From positions 6,429,929-6,493,928 of the forward strand of contig OZ037769.1 of the NCBI GenBank assembly GCA_964035545.1: DNA of 64,000 bases. The letters are read 5' to 3'. Positions within the stretch are counted from its first letter, which is position 1. Each line of letters starts with the position of its first letter. The notes below the pieces were generated by a model. It saw nothing but the letters and a program-made list of their open reading frames with translations, was not told the origin of the DNA and made no database searches. Shown here piece after piece: positions 24,801-39,800 of the stretch. Origin of the DNA: Bugula neritina. Taxonomy: Eukaryota > Animalia > Bryozoa. The position numbers were made by a program, and so were the translations under genes.

Positions 24801-27800
24801 TATAATACAAACCTTGTATTTAGCTTCAATATTTAGTATAATTATTTTGTTGACTAAACAATGTGGATACAGAGAGTAGAGTATATGCCAACTTTTGATG
24901 GCACGTAAACCTCAAAACTGCATAAATTAATAACATGATGCAACAAATTAATAAAATAATGTATCGCTTCCTGTATTCTCCACTTGGTAACTGTGAGATG
25001 ACAGTGCAACATACCAGTGCATTTCCAGACTCGCCCTTTGGCCCATACTCTATCAGCTTGCACCTTCTCAGCTTGTCCACCATACGCTCTAGCTCCTTGC
25101 TATGTACATATCCCAGCACCTTCCCATCTAAGAACACCTGCAACAACGTGGTAAGAACATGAATAAGGAATTTCAAATAGTTGGAAAATTGAAAAGGATA
25201 AAAGCTAAAAATGGCAGCAAAATTATTTGTATCCATACATTATACTTTAGCCAGAGTCATCAACAGGGGAGATAACTGCTAGATTTTTTTTTGATTATTG
25301 TAATAATAGCTAATCTACTGCAACTCAACCTATTCCTTTGTAGCAAAATAAGAAAGATCCAATTTCGAAACAAAACATGAAAACACTTTTCTCTGCAAAA
25401 GCTTTAAATTTTGCAGAATAAACTAAAAACTTTAGTATTACAACATAGATGCACATTGCAAAATTTTTTTAGAATTAAACATGAAATTCTGCTTCAAAAC
25501 CGTAAAGTGAGTTTATAATTTACAATTGCAGAAAATGGATATGCCCCATTCTTCAATGAAAATCTTCAAATGTTTAAAACGCAAATAGCCAAAAGTAATG
25601 TACACCTATAAGCGAATAAAGTACGGTGCAGCCTCAAACCTCGTAGTAGTTGCTGAGGCTACCTAGCAGAGTATCAGTAGGTGTGAGGAGACCATTGGAT
25701 GCCAAGAATCTCTCCAGAGGCTGACTGGGTCCTGTGGTGTTCACAGCCACGCAGGAGGCTGACAGGTGGTTTAGGAGCCCACAGGGGGTGCCGTCTGGTG
25801 TGTGCACTGGGCACAGGAACCCCCACGCTTCTGGTAACAGCTTACGGACAGCTGTGGATTGTCTGTTGTTAGCAAAGAAGGCACCTCGATGAACAGCTCG
25901 GAAATGTGACAAGTATCTATAAAAATTGAGCTTGTCAGCCATTACACTCAGCGCAGTTTTCTACAAAAGAGGAAGTATATATTTTTATACCGTAAGCTCC
26001 AATTTTTATAACTATACCAGGAAAAATTCTAAGATGTGATGAAACTTCTTTATTTTCATCCTAAAATTAAATCTTGTATAAATTGCTCTCCAGTTTCTTG
26101 GTTTTAAAACTATGTACTTTGTATGAATTCTTAAAAGTGAAAAAGAAACAATGTCACTTTTATCAATATTCTAGCATTTAGTTAAAGAATTTGTGAACAG
26201 CTATCAGCATCTAGATATTAGATATACTCAACAAAAAATGTAGCAACTCCTGGGAGTGAAATAATTCTACCTCAGCCAGACAAAGACAAAGAGCATGTTA
26301 CCCTCCATATGACCAGCACTGTATTAGTTGCTACATATTACCAGCACTGTATTAGTCGCTTCATATGGCCAGCACTGTATTAGTTGCTTCATATGGCCAG
26401 CACTGTATTAGTTGCTTCATAAGGCCAGCACTGTATTAGTTGCTACATATGACCAGCACTGTATTAGTTGCTTCATATGGCCAGCACTGTATTAGTTGCT
26501 ACATATTACCAGCACTGTATTAGTTGCTAGAAAGATCAACACTAGCTATAAAGGTTCTTTTGTCTAGTCTCATCTGAATACAGAAGAGAATCATCTGGCA
26601 ACAGCATCATGTATAAACAACACTGACCTGGGGCAGTCCAAGTGTAGATTTAGACTGGAGGTTTCCAGTGGCTAACAAATATTCGATGGCCTTCCCAACA
26701 TCTGTACCTCTGTTTAGACATTCGTTCAGCACACCTACAGAGTACGTATGCAGCCTTATTTCATATGTGCCTGACGCTCATGAGAATTAGCACAAATGGG
26801 AAATGACTTATAATTAATTACTGCATTATTAAAATAAAATTTGGTGTGAAACAACAGTGAGAAGTGAAAAGGTTATGCTAAAAAGTTAATTTTTGGTTTA
26901 AAAAATAAAAGATAAAATTTTGTAAAAGGATAGAGTTGGGGGGCAGGCAGCCATGATTTTCAATATAGCAGAAAAAACATGTCTCTGAATGAAAATATCA
27001 TAAGAAGTAAAAATCTACTAGTACTCTCCTGGTCCATGCATATGTAATATCTGTATCGTATTTCAGCAGTGATAGCATCTTTCAAATATCATAGATTGAG
27101 ATATAATTATTGTGACTTTTTAGTTTTCCACGGTGTTGAAAACAAACATGTATTGGCCTTCATAATTTCAACAAAATGACCCAATTAAAAATTTACAACA
27201 TCTTGATTAAAAGAGATGGAATAGATAAAATTCTCTTGAAAACCATGTGGAATACTGTGTTGAGGGACAGGCAGTAGCCACATTCTTACAACCACACAGT
27301 TATATAGTATATAACAATCCAACACAGGCAGCGTGGACTTAGGCAGCAGTATACATGATCAAAAGACTTACTGGCGGACAGCTCAAACTTCTCATTAGTA
27401 GCTTTTTTCAATAGGAGATACTTGAGAGAGGTGAGATATACACAGAGTCTGTCAGTGAGGACTGCAGCGTACAGATGGCCAGGCAGCAGAAGCTGTAAAC
27501 ACACAATAACACAATAATATTACATGGTTGTTGACACTCCGAAAGAAATTATTCCAGAAGTAGATGCATTTATTGAAGCTTAATTTGAACATTCTTCCAA
27601 GTTGCAAAATCAATGCTGTAATAGATTATCAAAGCCTCCATTTATTGGGTTATGAAAACTATTTGTAAGTTGTCTCGCCACACCTTTTACTTTGACAGTT
27701 TCATGCCACTACTGATTTAGTTTTTGTCTACACTCTATACCAAATCCTCTTTGTTCATCAAAAACTCTATGATTCAACTGAAATTCAGGCAAATTTAAAA

Positions 27801-30800
27801 GGGCACAAAACAATGTCAAATGCACAATAGGCATAAGGAAAGTTAGTTTCAAGTAATAACTATTCTGTTGACAAAATCAAAAATTTAGTTCATAAATTAT
27901 AACCAAGACATCTTGTGAAATTTTTTTGCAAATTCACAAGCTATTACGCTAGAAATAGGCCGGTAATATGCTTCAGTAGAGGTGAGGTGTTCCATTAACC
28001 CATTGCGTACAAACAGAGAGCATATCATATCTCCAGTTTAAATTCATTTTTGTGAAAAAATTTAACTTTTAAGATGGCAATAAACAGCAATAACACGTGG
28101 TTAGGCTACATACAATACTTTCATTGGCTAACCACGATCACAAATTGGGATCTGACCAATTGGAGAGCTACCTGCCACGCAAGACTACTGTTAAGCCTAG
28201 GGCCACACGGTGCGTATTTTCGCATGCGAAAATTGAAACCGCAAGTAGCAAAGGCGTCCACTGTAGCGTCAGTGATGCGTGATAAATAAAGCTTTCATTT
28301 TTAAATCGCACTCGCTTTCAATAAAACGCAATTTACTGGAATATAGCACTAAATAAAGAAATTGGGCTCGCTGAATAGCTACCAGCCAATTAGGTGACGA
28401 CGACAGAGACGATTCGCACTTGCGTTGAAAATGCAGAGCGACAAGTGCAAAGGTTTTCTCAACGCGCACAGTGGACACCTTTGCTACTTGTGATTTCAAT
28501 TTTCGCATGCGAAAATACGCACAGTGTGGCCCTAGGCTTACAAACAAAAGCTTGTTAGCAAACCATTTATTACCGAGAAAGGTGGGCGGGTGCATTGTTT
28601 GTATATATGCCTGTTAAGACCTATTTTAGTTGCACTTACTTCATCATTGAACTTACTTTATTGGCTAGAAAGAGACATTTTTGTCAGAAGCACTGAGGTG
28701 AGAGAAAAACCTTTACAATCAATTCCTTCAGATAGCATATCTGAATTTAAACTACTTAAGGGGAAGCAACCTGTCGGAATATTGTTGTGACAGGGGTTCA
28801 AGGTCATGGCTCAAAGGCATTCCCACCAGGAAGAAGAGAGAGTTGCTTATAGTTTTCCTACAGTATGCAGGCAGGCCTTATCACAGTTTGCATATTCTGA
28901 CAAGGAGATGGAGCAACTAGCATATATGTGTAGCTACATGGAGACCAACCACAGGGACGTGAAGTTCACAGGGGGAGAAGCACACTATGCTTTTGAAGCA
29001 TATCTGGAGGGGAAGAGACTGGAAGATGTGGTAGAAAACCACGTCAGAAGTTAGTATAATAATAACTAAAAACAGCTCTAGCTTCTAGGATAACTCCTTA
29101 TAGCTTAGAAACCTACTTGTCTAAATTTTACTTTATTTAAGAATACTTTAATTTATTTAAAAATATTTTACTTTATTTAAAGATATTTTACTTGATTTAA
29201 ATGTACTTTAATTTATTTAGGGCAATACTACAGCCCTAAAGTACATGTAAGAGCTGGTGTATATTACTAGAGCTAGTATATATTACTAGAGCTAGTATAT
29301 ATTACTAGGGCTGGTATATATTACTAGACCTGGTGTATATTACTAGAGCTGGTATATATTACTAGAGCTGGTATATATCACTAGAGCTAGTATATATTAC
29401 TAGAGCTGGTATATATTACTAGAGCTGGTATATATCACTAGAGCTGGTATATATCACTAGAGCTGGTATATATTACTAGAGCTGGTATATATTACTAGAG
29501 CTGGTATATATTACTAGAGCTGGTATATATTACTAGAGCTGGTATATATCACTAGAGCTGGTATATATTACTAGAGCTGGTATATATTACTAGAGCTGGT
29601 ATATATTACTAGAGCTGGTATATATTACTAGAGCTGGTGTATATTACTAGAGCTGGTATATATTACTAGAGCTGGTATATATCACTAGAGCTAGTATATA
29701 TTACTAGAGCTGGTATATATTACTAGAGCTAGTATATATTACTAGAGCTGGTATATATTACTAGAGCTGGTATATATTACTAGAGCTAGTATATATTACT
29801 AGAGCTGGTATATATTACTAGAGCTAGTATATATTACTAGAGCTGGTATATATTACTAGAGCTAGTATATATTACTAGAGCTGGTATATATTACTAGAGC
29901 TGGTATATATTACTAGAGCTGGTATATATTACTAGAGCTGGTATATATTACTAGAGCTAGTATATATTACTAGAGCTGGTATATATTACTAGAGCTAGTA
30001 TATATTACTAGAGCTGGTATATATTACTAGAGCTGGTATATATTACTAGAGCTAGTATATATTACTAGAGCTGGTATATATTACTAGAGCTGGTATATAT
30101 TACTAGAGCTGGTATATGTAATTACTTTTGAAACAGTGACAAGGCCCAGGGTTAACTCTACCTATGAATTTTAAAAAGCACTTTTTAGATTACATAAACT
30201 TTTTCACATATTTTGTTTTTCTTTGAATGGAAGCCATAAAAGTAAGGAACCTAAAAAATTCTTTCAATAGTCCTAGAGCCTAATTGCATTTAATAGCTTT
30301 TATCCTAACTTTTCTAGACACTGGACACAAACTATGAAATAGGACATGTTCCAACAGTCTACATAGGAAGTCTTGATAAACCAAGTAGTCAAGTCACAAA
30401 GACAAGTCATTACTTAAAATTAAATCTCTTCTGTTACAAATGTTATGTAAGCCTAGGGCCACATGGTGCGTACAGTGGACACCTTTGCTACTCGTGATTT
30501 CAATTTTCGCATGCGAAAATACGCACCGTGTGGCCCTAGGCTTACTGTAAATCCTAATTCATGTTTAATACAATTCTTAAATGCAAACAAAATTTCTTTG
30601 TCTATTGATTGTCAACATTCATGATGTTTTATGGAATAGAAAAACTCAACTTTGCACCTGCAAGTTGGCAACTATGAATATCCACATATTATATTATGTG
30701 TAGGCCACAGGGCATGCATCTATTTCCGAATTAGGCAAAAAATTAGTATGTAAATGGTTTCTTTTTCTACTATTCTTTTTTCAATATTCATACATTGAGT

Positions 30801-33800
30801 TGAAAAGCTCATAATATATGACTGCAAAAATAAACATGCAATTATGTCAAATTCCACTGAACAAACATAAATTTAAGTAATATGATCTATGTTTTTGTTA
30901 TCTGAGATTGGTATTACTTACAATTTGTTATCTGAGATTTGTATTACTTAAAATTTACTCCAAAACATTCTTGTCAAAGACACAGTTATATATTTTACTT
31001 TCTCATCACAGTTAGCATTTTCACATAATTGTGTTGGCCAACATTTTCCACTCTTGCTGTTTTGGTTGCGATATGATTTCATTGGTTATTGCTAATTTTC
31101 CTTGACATTTTTGCTTATTCATGGTTACTTTGCTTCAGGAACCAATTAGATCTATTACTTAGTCATTTTGTAGACACATTTTAGTTTTTATAGTAAAACT
31201 GTAACATATTGTAGCTCATTATTAGGACTGGACTTTGGTTAAAATAGATACCAAAGTTGATCAAAGTATTGTCATTCAACAACCTAAATGAACTAATGGT
31301 TACATAGTCTTTACATATTCCGATAATTGTTTATGTTAGTGGTGTAACACTTTTATAGAGAAGCTCAAAAGTACAACAGCAATTCAAAACTTGCTGTCAA
31401 ATAGTTGACCTTGCTTGACCTCATCATGGCTCATTGTTAATTTTCAATAGAATAAATAACTCTTTAAAAATCTGCTGCAGGTAAGCTTATTTGAAGTTTA
31501 AAATTTCTAAGGTGTTTTAGTGCAAAATATGTATCTGGATATCTATAGAATATGCTTGAAGCCTTGGAGACAAAAAAGAATAACTTGTGGTGCAATTATT
31601 ACTGTATAAGCTGATGTGACTCAGTAATATCTAGGTTAAAATATGTTACATCTTACAAAAATCTAAAATATTGATCACTTCATTCAGGTTTGGAGAAATA
31701 AATAATTTCTACGAAACAACAGAGCAGATCCTAATAAATCCCATGAACAATTGATTTTGTATAAAAAATCAATATAGAAGACAATGTTGTTTTTTCAATA
31801 TAGTGACTAGATGAGGGTGGTATTTAGATCTTACCTCTTGGTTAGCAGGTGAGTCGGGGTTGTCTACGCAGCACCCGCCAGAAGCAAAGACAAACAGCTT
31901 CCTGGTCATAGAAACCAGTAGATTAACTTTATCCGTGGGTTTGCTAAGATGAGGCAGCACATGCTCACTAAAATACAGTAGCAGCATGTCTTACTACAAT
32001 ACAGTAGCAGCATGTGTCACTACAATACAGTAACAGCATGTGTTACTACAATACAGTAACAGCATGTGTTACTACAATACAGTAGCAGCAGGTGTCGTTA
32101 GAAGGAATCAAAATTTCTTAGGTATTATCCTACACAATTCTGTGCACTTGTTGAATATGATTGAGAATGTTTTATGCTTTCTGGCATAAAATAGAGACTA
32201 CAATAAAGACAAGTTCAGCATGCAACAACAGTATGTTGACTTGGTTTAAAAGAGTTATTATTTCCTAAACAAAGAGCATCTCTGAGCACACAGTGACTAT
32301 TTCTGTTTGCTAACTGGTCTTGTTCTAGCAATGTTTGACTGGTAATGCAGTTTCTCTAACTCACCAGTTTACACAGATGTTATAGTTGTAGAAATACAAA
32401 TAATAGTGAAAGAAAATATCAACACAATAAGTCCTTTTTGTGAAAATCTCAACAATAACCTGGGTTAATTTTAGAAAATACGAGTGTATGTATTTGTGTT
32501 CGATTTTAGAATTAATCTAATATAAATATGCATTATGCATTTTCATTTCTTCACTTTAAAAATGATTGAAATTGCAGCCTGAAGTAAGACGTCAAACTCA
32601 AACCGATATTTCTAAAAGAACCTAACTTTTTAAATTTGTCTTTATTCTTGTCTCTAAACTAACGGAGGACACAACTGTATAATCTTATAGGCCATGCTAA
32701 CATGTGTTGGAAAGTAGGTTTCATTTAATCAGTAAACTAACAGTAACGAAATCAATCTCAAACCTTGCTGAAACATTTAGGCATAAAATTATTTCAATTT
32801 AAAATACATTCACTATCATAACATATATGAATTTGCAGACTACTATGTACAGTACACTAAATACAGAGAGAGATAATATTTGAACACAGCTGAACTGATG
32901 CAAGCACTGTGACAGACTGTACAAGCATAAATTAATAATCTGTTGCTCAACGTACTATCAGCTTGAAAGGTTGTCCACATCAGAACATTTTTGGCAAGCA
33001 ACATTGATACAGAAAAAGTATGTTTAATAGGAGCATGTAAACATGTAATTTTGCAACTGGTCAGTCAATCAAAATATGCCGGTTTTAAAACTACCAATTT
33101 ACCCAGACATTTTCCAACATGCAAACAGTGCTTTGTTTAAAACAACAGCACCACAATTTATAGCAATATTTTTCAGTAAATAGAAAGCAGTATATAGCTT
33201 CAAGCTATACCTCAGGAGGGAGTTTGCCACTTGCACATCTGTATACCAGGGAGGCAACTCCGTCAACTTTATTCTGAAACGTTTACCAATCATTTTCAGG
33301 ACAGAATCTTGTGTGAGTAACCCCTGCTCTGATAACTCTTGCAGCATCATGAATACAGACCTACAAATGAAATGAGTAAGCTACTTTAGTAGTCAGAATG
33401 CAATGAATATAATTCTTGCGATCCTCTACAAGGATGGTTTATTATGAACTTGTCAGACACAAACAAAAGATTTTTGGAGAGGTTTTAGCAACTTCAATGT
33501 CAGTATCAACATTTAGTCCCTGAAAACGCTGTTGAATTATTCTATTTCTAAATTAGAAGCGACTTTTTGAATAAACAAATATTTTTAAATAAAAAAATGA
33601 TCAGTTGAATTTTACATACGTTTTAATTTGATCTACGATGAGGAGCCAAACAGTCAGCTAAAAGATCATTTAACAACAAAACAACAAGCCTTTGTCATTT
33701 AAACAAGTTTAGTGCCATTAAAGCCTTGAGGTCCACTTATTTTTTTAAAACAGAGTTGAGCAAATCATAATTTTAGGATATAAACCAAGGAAGAGCAAAT

Positions 33801-36800
33801 TGCGCCATCTCAACAAAGTATACCTGTACAGGCCTATCCACTCCTTGACTTACAGTCTACATTTGCAAATTTATTAGCAACCCCAAAGCTACCCCACAAC
33901 AATCCTACAACCACCATGCAATAACCTTGCAACCATTCTAAATCAACCTAGCTGTTTTGCAAGACAACTTTTATTTCAATAATCTGGAATTTATTGAGAA
34001 TATTTTACAAAGATATTATAGCTGAAACATCAGAATACCATAATCTGTGCACAGCAGCTGTTTTAGGGTGTGCCAAGCGTTACGAGTGTACGAGAGGAAT
34101 CTCACGTTTTGAAATATTCGTTGGTTTCCTGTCCTTTGACAAGTTGCTGATAGAGAGCGGAATCGTCAGCATTAACAAGAGCTCTAATCAACAAACACAC
34201 TGGGATGAAGAACTGCTCATTCAGGTACGAAATGCAGAGCTCAGCCGCACCTTTCGATAAGTAATGGAGAATAGAAGTCTAAAAAAATTCAAAGTAAAAT
34301 TATAAAAAAAAACATGAAAATCGCCATCAACTTGCTATAGAATAAGAATTTATCACTTGGCTATACTTTTTCCTGTGTCCAGTCTTGCCAATAGCTATTA
34401 TATAATTACTTATCAAATATGCAAAAGGTGCACTTTATTAAACCTTTTGATTTTGGCACATAATCAAACTGTAATAACAAATTATTCAAGTTATTACATT
34501 TTCCAGTAGTGAGCGGCTTGTTTACTTTGACTGAGTTGGATAATTAAAATTCGAAACTCTTAATTTAAACCTGATCAAGTGCCAGCAAAGGGCTTCAACC
34601 TATTAGTGTCCCGTTACGTGGGAGGGACTTACTGAAATAGACATGTCTTGTCTGACACAGGAGATCTGAAGACCGTATTCGGTATAAAATTTGCCTCTTC
34701 TCCTCCACTTGGGACGTCTGATGCACATGGGCTACAACAGTAATGGTAAGTAAATTTATAAATTTGAAGTAAAAATCTCTGATTAAAGGTCAACTGAGTT
34801 TGTGTGATTTCGAAACATATGATAGAATATTTTTTACTGATAATTTGACAATCACTATGGCAACTTTCCAAGAAAGAACTAAATTCTCTAGGTTACCATG
34901 ACATGTTTGTAACCCAAGTACTGCAGAACTTACGAAACTCTTCCTAGGAGTGATGAGTAGCCTTAGCACCTTCTCATTGCCATTCACTATGAAGTATCCC
35001 CCCATCTCCTCCGCCTCCTCACCCCGGGCTACAAGCTCACACGGCTTGAGGTTATACAAGCTGCATGCTGCTGACTAAAACAGCAACAAAACCTGGCCAT
35101 GTTGGCATCAAAGAGGCATAAATCCTTTGCTATCTTGACTCATAGGTAGTGAACCAGAAAGCAGCATAGCATATCTGGTATGCTGCCTCAATAGAATAAT
35201 ATGGCAGTCAAACATGGTAGCATATGCAAAAAAAATTGCAAAAAATCATTTATAAAATTATGTGAAAAAACAACATAAACAGCAACCATTGAAGCACTCC
35301 ACTAAATTTGTCAAAAATTCTGGTGTAGCCTACTTAGCTTAGCAGACATAATTAGTCTAATGAAGTGTTTGACAAGGTGCATTGTTAGTTGTTTACCATG
35401 GAATGCATGTGCTGTCAGAATAATTACTCCAGCAAAACCTAGTTGGGACTTGTAACACACTTTCATGCGGTTATGTAATCACTTGCTTACTAGAACCTTA
35501 TTTATTCTAACTAAGCAACATTTTTAATAAAAAAAAATGATGAAAACAGAGTAGTTTAGCCAAGATCATTCTAGAAGGAATACATCTACATGGTACCAGA
35601 TATAAAAGTCAACAAAAATTTGTTGATAGGCAGCTCACTACAAGCTTTTATGTAATATAATATTGTCTTCTATACCCTACATAATGAATATAGTATACTC
35701 TATAATAAATGGAGCGCTGTTTCCCTATTTTTATTCGGCATTATTTAAACAAGGAAGATGTCCAAATTACCGTAAATTTCTCATAACTTCACAAAAGCAG
35801 GTAAATAAAATCCACATGTCAACAAGTGCCAACAGTAAACTCCATGAGAAAAGTTAAAAGTAGAGCCAAATGGCTTTATTTACCATACATTCAATTTCAG
35901 CTTTTATGAGCATGATTTACTTGCTATGCAAAAAACTCACGCAAGTTTATAGTCCCTATCCCAATAGAAAGGATTTGTTTAAAGCAGGCTATGGGCTGAT
36001 TCATATTTGGCACAGGAGCAACAATGACAAGATCCTCTTCCCAAAATCACCAATGGCCTTTACCCACCCCCCCCAACCCCTTACTTCCTGTTTACTAAGC
36101 AAAACAATCTAACCCTAGACCACGGCTGCTCCTTTTACATGCTATGTAACTCTGATGGATTAATAGAAAAATAGTAACAAAAATTTCGCAAGAGCAAGTA
36201 GGTTGATTGATGTACTCAAATTAATACAAAATACTCATAATTGATAAATACACAGCGACTTTTGACTTTGCATATGACCAGAATAATCTAAATGATGATC
36301 AATCTGAACAAAATAGGTGCAGTGAAATTAGTGTGAGCTAGCTTAGCTATCTTAGCTTTATTGAGAACCTACAAAGAAAAGCTTTCTACAGCACAGCCAG
36401 TGCTAACTAAAGGACCTCTGGCACTTGGCAATAGTTGGTGCTAGTGGACTAGTTGTAATGTTAAGAGAGCAATTTAAGTAAGTCATTTATATTAATTATA
36501 TTGTTTCTTTTTTGTGGATTACAACTGTTCGTAGTTTTCATATTGTGCATATAAGTTTATGCTGAGATTATGTAAGTTTTGAATTGCAATTGTAGTCTTG
36601 CCGATGTCAATAGATGTAAATAGATGCCAATCAGCGTAATGTTAGAGCAATAATACAATAAAGGACATCAGTGAGGATTTATTGCCCAAATCACAGCCTA
36701 GTCAACTATAAAATTCATAGGTGCAAGGTCAAGTGAAGGTAAGTTTTTATCTCTGCTTTGCTGGTTTTACTCAATATCGCATGTTGTTTAGGAAGCAATC

Positions 36801-39800
36801 TAGCCAATCAGAGTTCAGTACTTATGAATCATCAATCTATATATTATTCTGTATTATTTAGAGAACTTTATAAAACATGCACTTGCAGCTGCAGCCTAAC
36901 TATTTGAATAGAATCATTTTGTGGGGCAACTTTAAATTTGTAATTTGCCCAAAAGAACTACAATTTGTTCTAGGAATGACCCAAAGTTGAATATATAACC
37001 AAAAAAGTTTCAACTCTTGACTTCTTTACATTTTCAACATTTTATAAGTTGCTCATACTGAATGGATTTATCAATTATACAAATTAAACACTGGAGAGTT
37101 ACTTTGGGGATATAAAAACAACTTATTGATTGGTATGCCACCATTTACTAGCTTGTGTACATTATTTCATCCCACAACAACATATCATGGCATAATCAAC
37201 CAATTTAGATTTTCTAAATTCAGTATGATGGAATTGTTTTTCACCTCTCCTTAAAAAAATACTTGCATTACTCACAGATTTGAGCCAGCTCACGGATTGT
37301 GAGAATGAATACACGGTCCTACCTTGACCATGATGGGTATTTTTGAGAGAACACGGTCTTCTACAGATATCACTTTGTCATTGACCTTGATGGAGATTCT
37401 GGCCTGTATGGGAGAGCTGTACGTACTGGCAGACATCCGGCACTACAATGTTCAGAATACTAGTTAGTATTGACAGGCAGGGGGACTACTCCAGGAGACA
37501 TCAAACATGGCTAGCAGGGTATACTGTTGGAAACAATACAGTGTACAGTACAGTACAATACAGTACAAAACAGTACAATACAGTACAGTACAATACAGTG
37601 TACAGTACAGTACGACAGATAGTATATTGCCCTTAGCACTTCACAAGCTGTAAAATATATATTAGCATCAGAGGTGAGACAACTCTTTACAACTTCTAAT
37701 GTACAAGAGTCTAGACTCTAGAGTGTGGACCAAAGCATTTCAACTTGGAAAAAAGTAGTTGCTTTTTAAAGCAAAATTTTGCTAAATTTTACAACCAAGT
37801 GGATTTACTTGAAGATGCAACTAGTACTGTGAATTTACTGGTACAAAGAAGAGCTATGAAGCTCAGCTTAAGGAGTAGACAATGGGTAGGTTACTTGTAT
37901 GTACATGGAAATAACTATATTTCCACTTGCTCAGTCTGGTATTGGTAAAAAATCCATCATACATCCATAGTACTTCTTGTTCAATAGTCATGGACAACAG
38001 TAAAGCTGAAGAGTTATTTTTGCCACGCGATTATTAAATGAGGACACAACTCCTAATGATAAAAAATTATAAATTAAACAAAGAAACTTCACACTTCCAT
38101 ACTACAGGATGAACAAGCTACACAAGACAGTGCATAGCATTGTAACCAACCTGATACCTTGACATCTAGAGAAGCTATTTACTACCTTGAGGGTGTTGCG
38201 CACCCTTGGCACACAGGCTAGGCATTAAAATGAGTCATCTCTTTACTGTTAATAGAAAGCCCGGCTCTCACAAATCAGTTTTGCTAATTTTGCTTTATGA
38301 ATGAAGAAAGTTTATCAGGGCATAGTAGGCAAGGATAAAAATAAAATCAACAGTAAAAGCAAATGAAAATGATTCAGCCTGACACTAGCTACATGTACCA
38401 ACCTCAGCTGGGTAGAGTTTGTGGGTCTTGGCATAGATGTTTTTCTCACTCACTTTAGCCACTCCAACGGTGACATTCTACATGTGGAAATATTACAGTG
38501 TTACACACAGCGTCCAGTATGGTATCAAATATCAAATACTTGTATAAATACACATAAATACTATACATATATATACATATGTTATGATCGGTGCGTATGT
38601 AAAATATTTATGTACACGAATACATATACATATATAATACGTGATATAACATTGGCTCAACATCACATGTTTGGGATATGAAACATGTATATTATATATG
38701 GTTATACAGCCAACAGCTTACACAGTGTTTGCAGTGAGTTTATTATCATATCTTTTACATTGGACAATATATGTGACCATCTTATAACACAATACAAACT
38801 TATTATGTTCCATAAATACAATATGCTTACTGTAAACAATTAATATGAATTACAGTACACTTACACTACACCAAGGAACATACACTACCTACACAATGTA
38901 TGCCTATTACCTAATGTATGTATATTAAAAATACATTTATATTTTATATCAATATTGTGCCACGGCACGCTGTTTTTACAGAAAGCCTTAGCTTTTTAAG
39001 TTAAATACTTACACTCATGGAAATTGAAACTCTATCTCCGCTAGGTAAAGCGAATTCCACAGGTTTTAGATTCTAGAGTAACAAAAGAGTTACAGGATGT
39101 TATTAGACAGAAAAAGCAAACAGTAAAACACACTATTGTACAGTTGACCACATCTCAGGCAGTAAAACACAGCATTTTACCATAGACCACACCTCAGGCA
39201 GTAAAACAAGTATAATCAGTCAAATACCTCCAACACAGTTTATTTATCTATTTATTTACAAATAAATCATAAATCATAATCTCAATAAGCATATTCGCTA
39301 TAGAAAGTTCTAAATTTTTTTTAAAAAAATTCAACGCAATACATATTGTATAAAAACAATGACAAGGTTGTCCAGAGCGAAACAGTCATCAAAATGAATA
39401 TCGCTACCTTTTATCCAAATATGTTGTTGAAGTTTTGATTTATTTATTTATTACATATCACAGGCATAAAGACATGTTGTGAAATTCAGTGTAAATACTG
39501 GCCTTAATAAGTAGATATGAACAAAAATGTAAAAAAAATCGGAACTCTACAGGATTGCTTTTTATTGATAGTAAGATGTTAGTTATTGTAAACTTGTTGA
39601 AGTTATGATAGTAAGATGGTAGTTATATAGTGACTTACTGCTGTGGCCCTCCTCAGGCCACCTGCCAACATGTAGTTGAATGAATCAACATGAGCTGCCA
39701 CAGCTGACTGAAGTGTCTACATCATAAGAATCAAGAAGATGAAAAATATATCTATATATGTAAATGAAACAATCATCTAAACATGTATGCAACTGTTTTA

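Noticed and set aside
20146-30117. CRISPR-like arrays (51-, 28- and 19-bp repeats)
   Set aside because: Head-to-tail repeats with no unique spacers and no cas genes, in eukaryotic introns.
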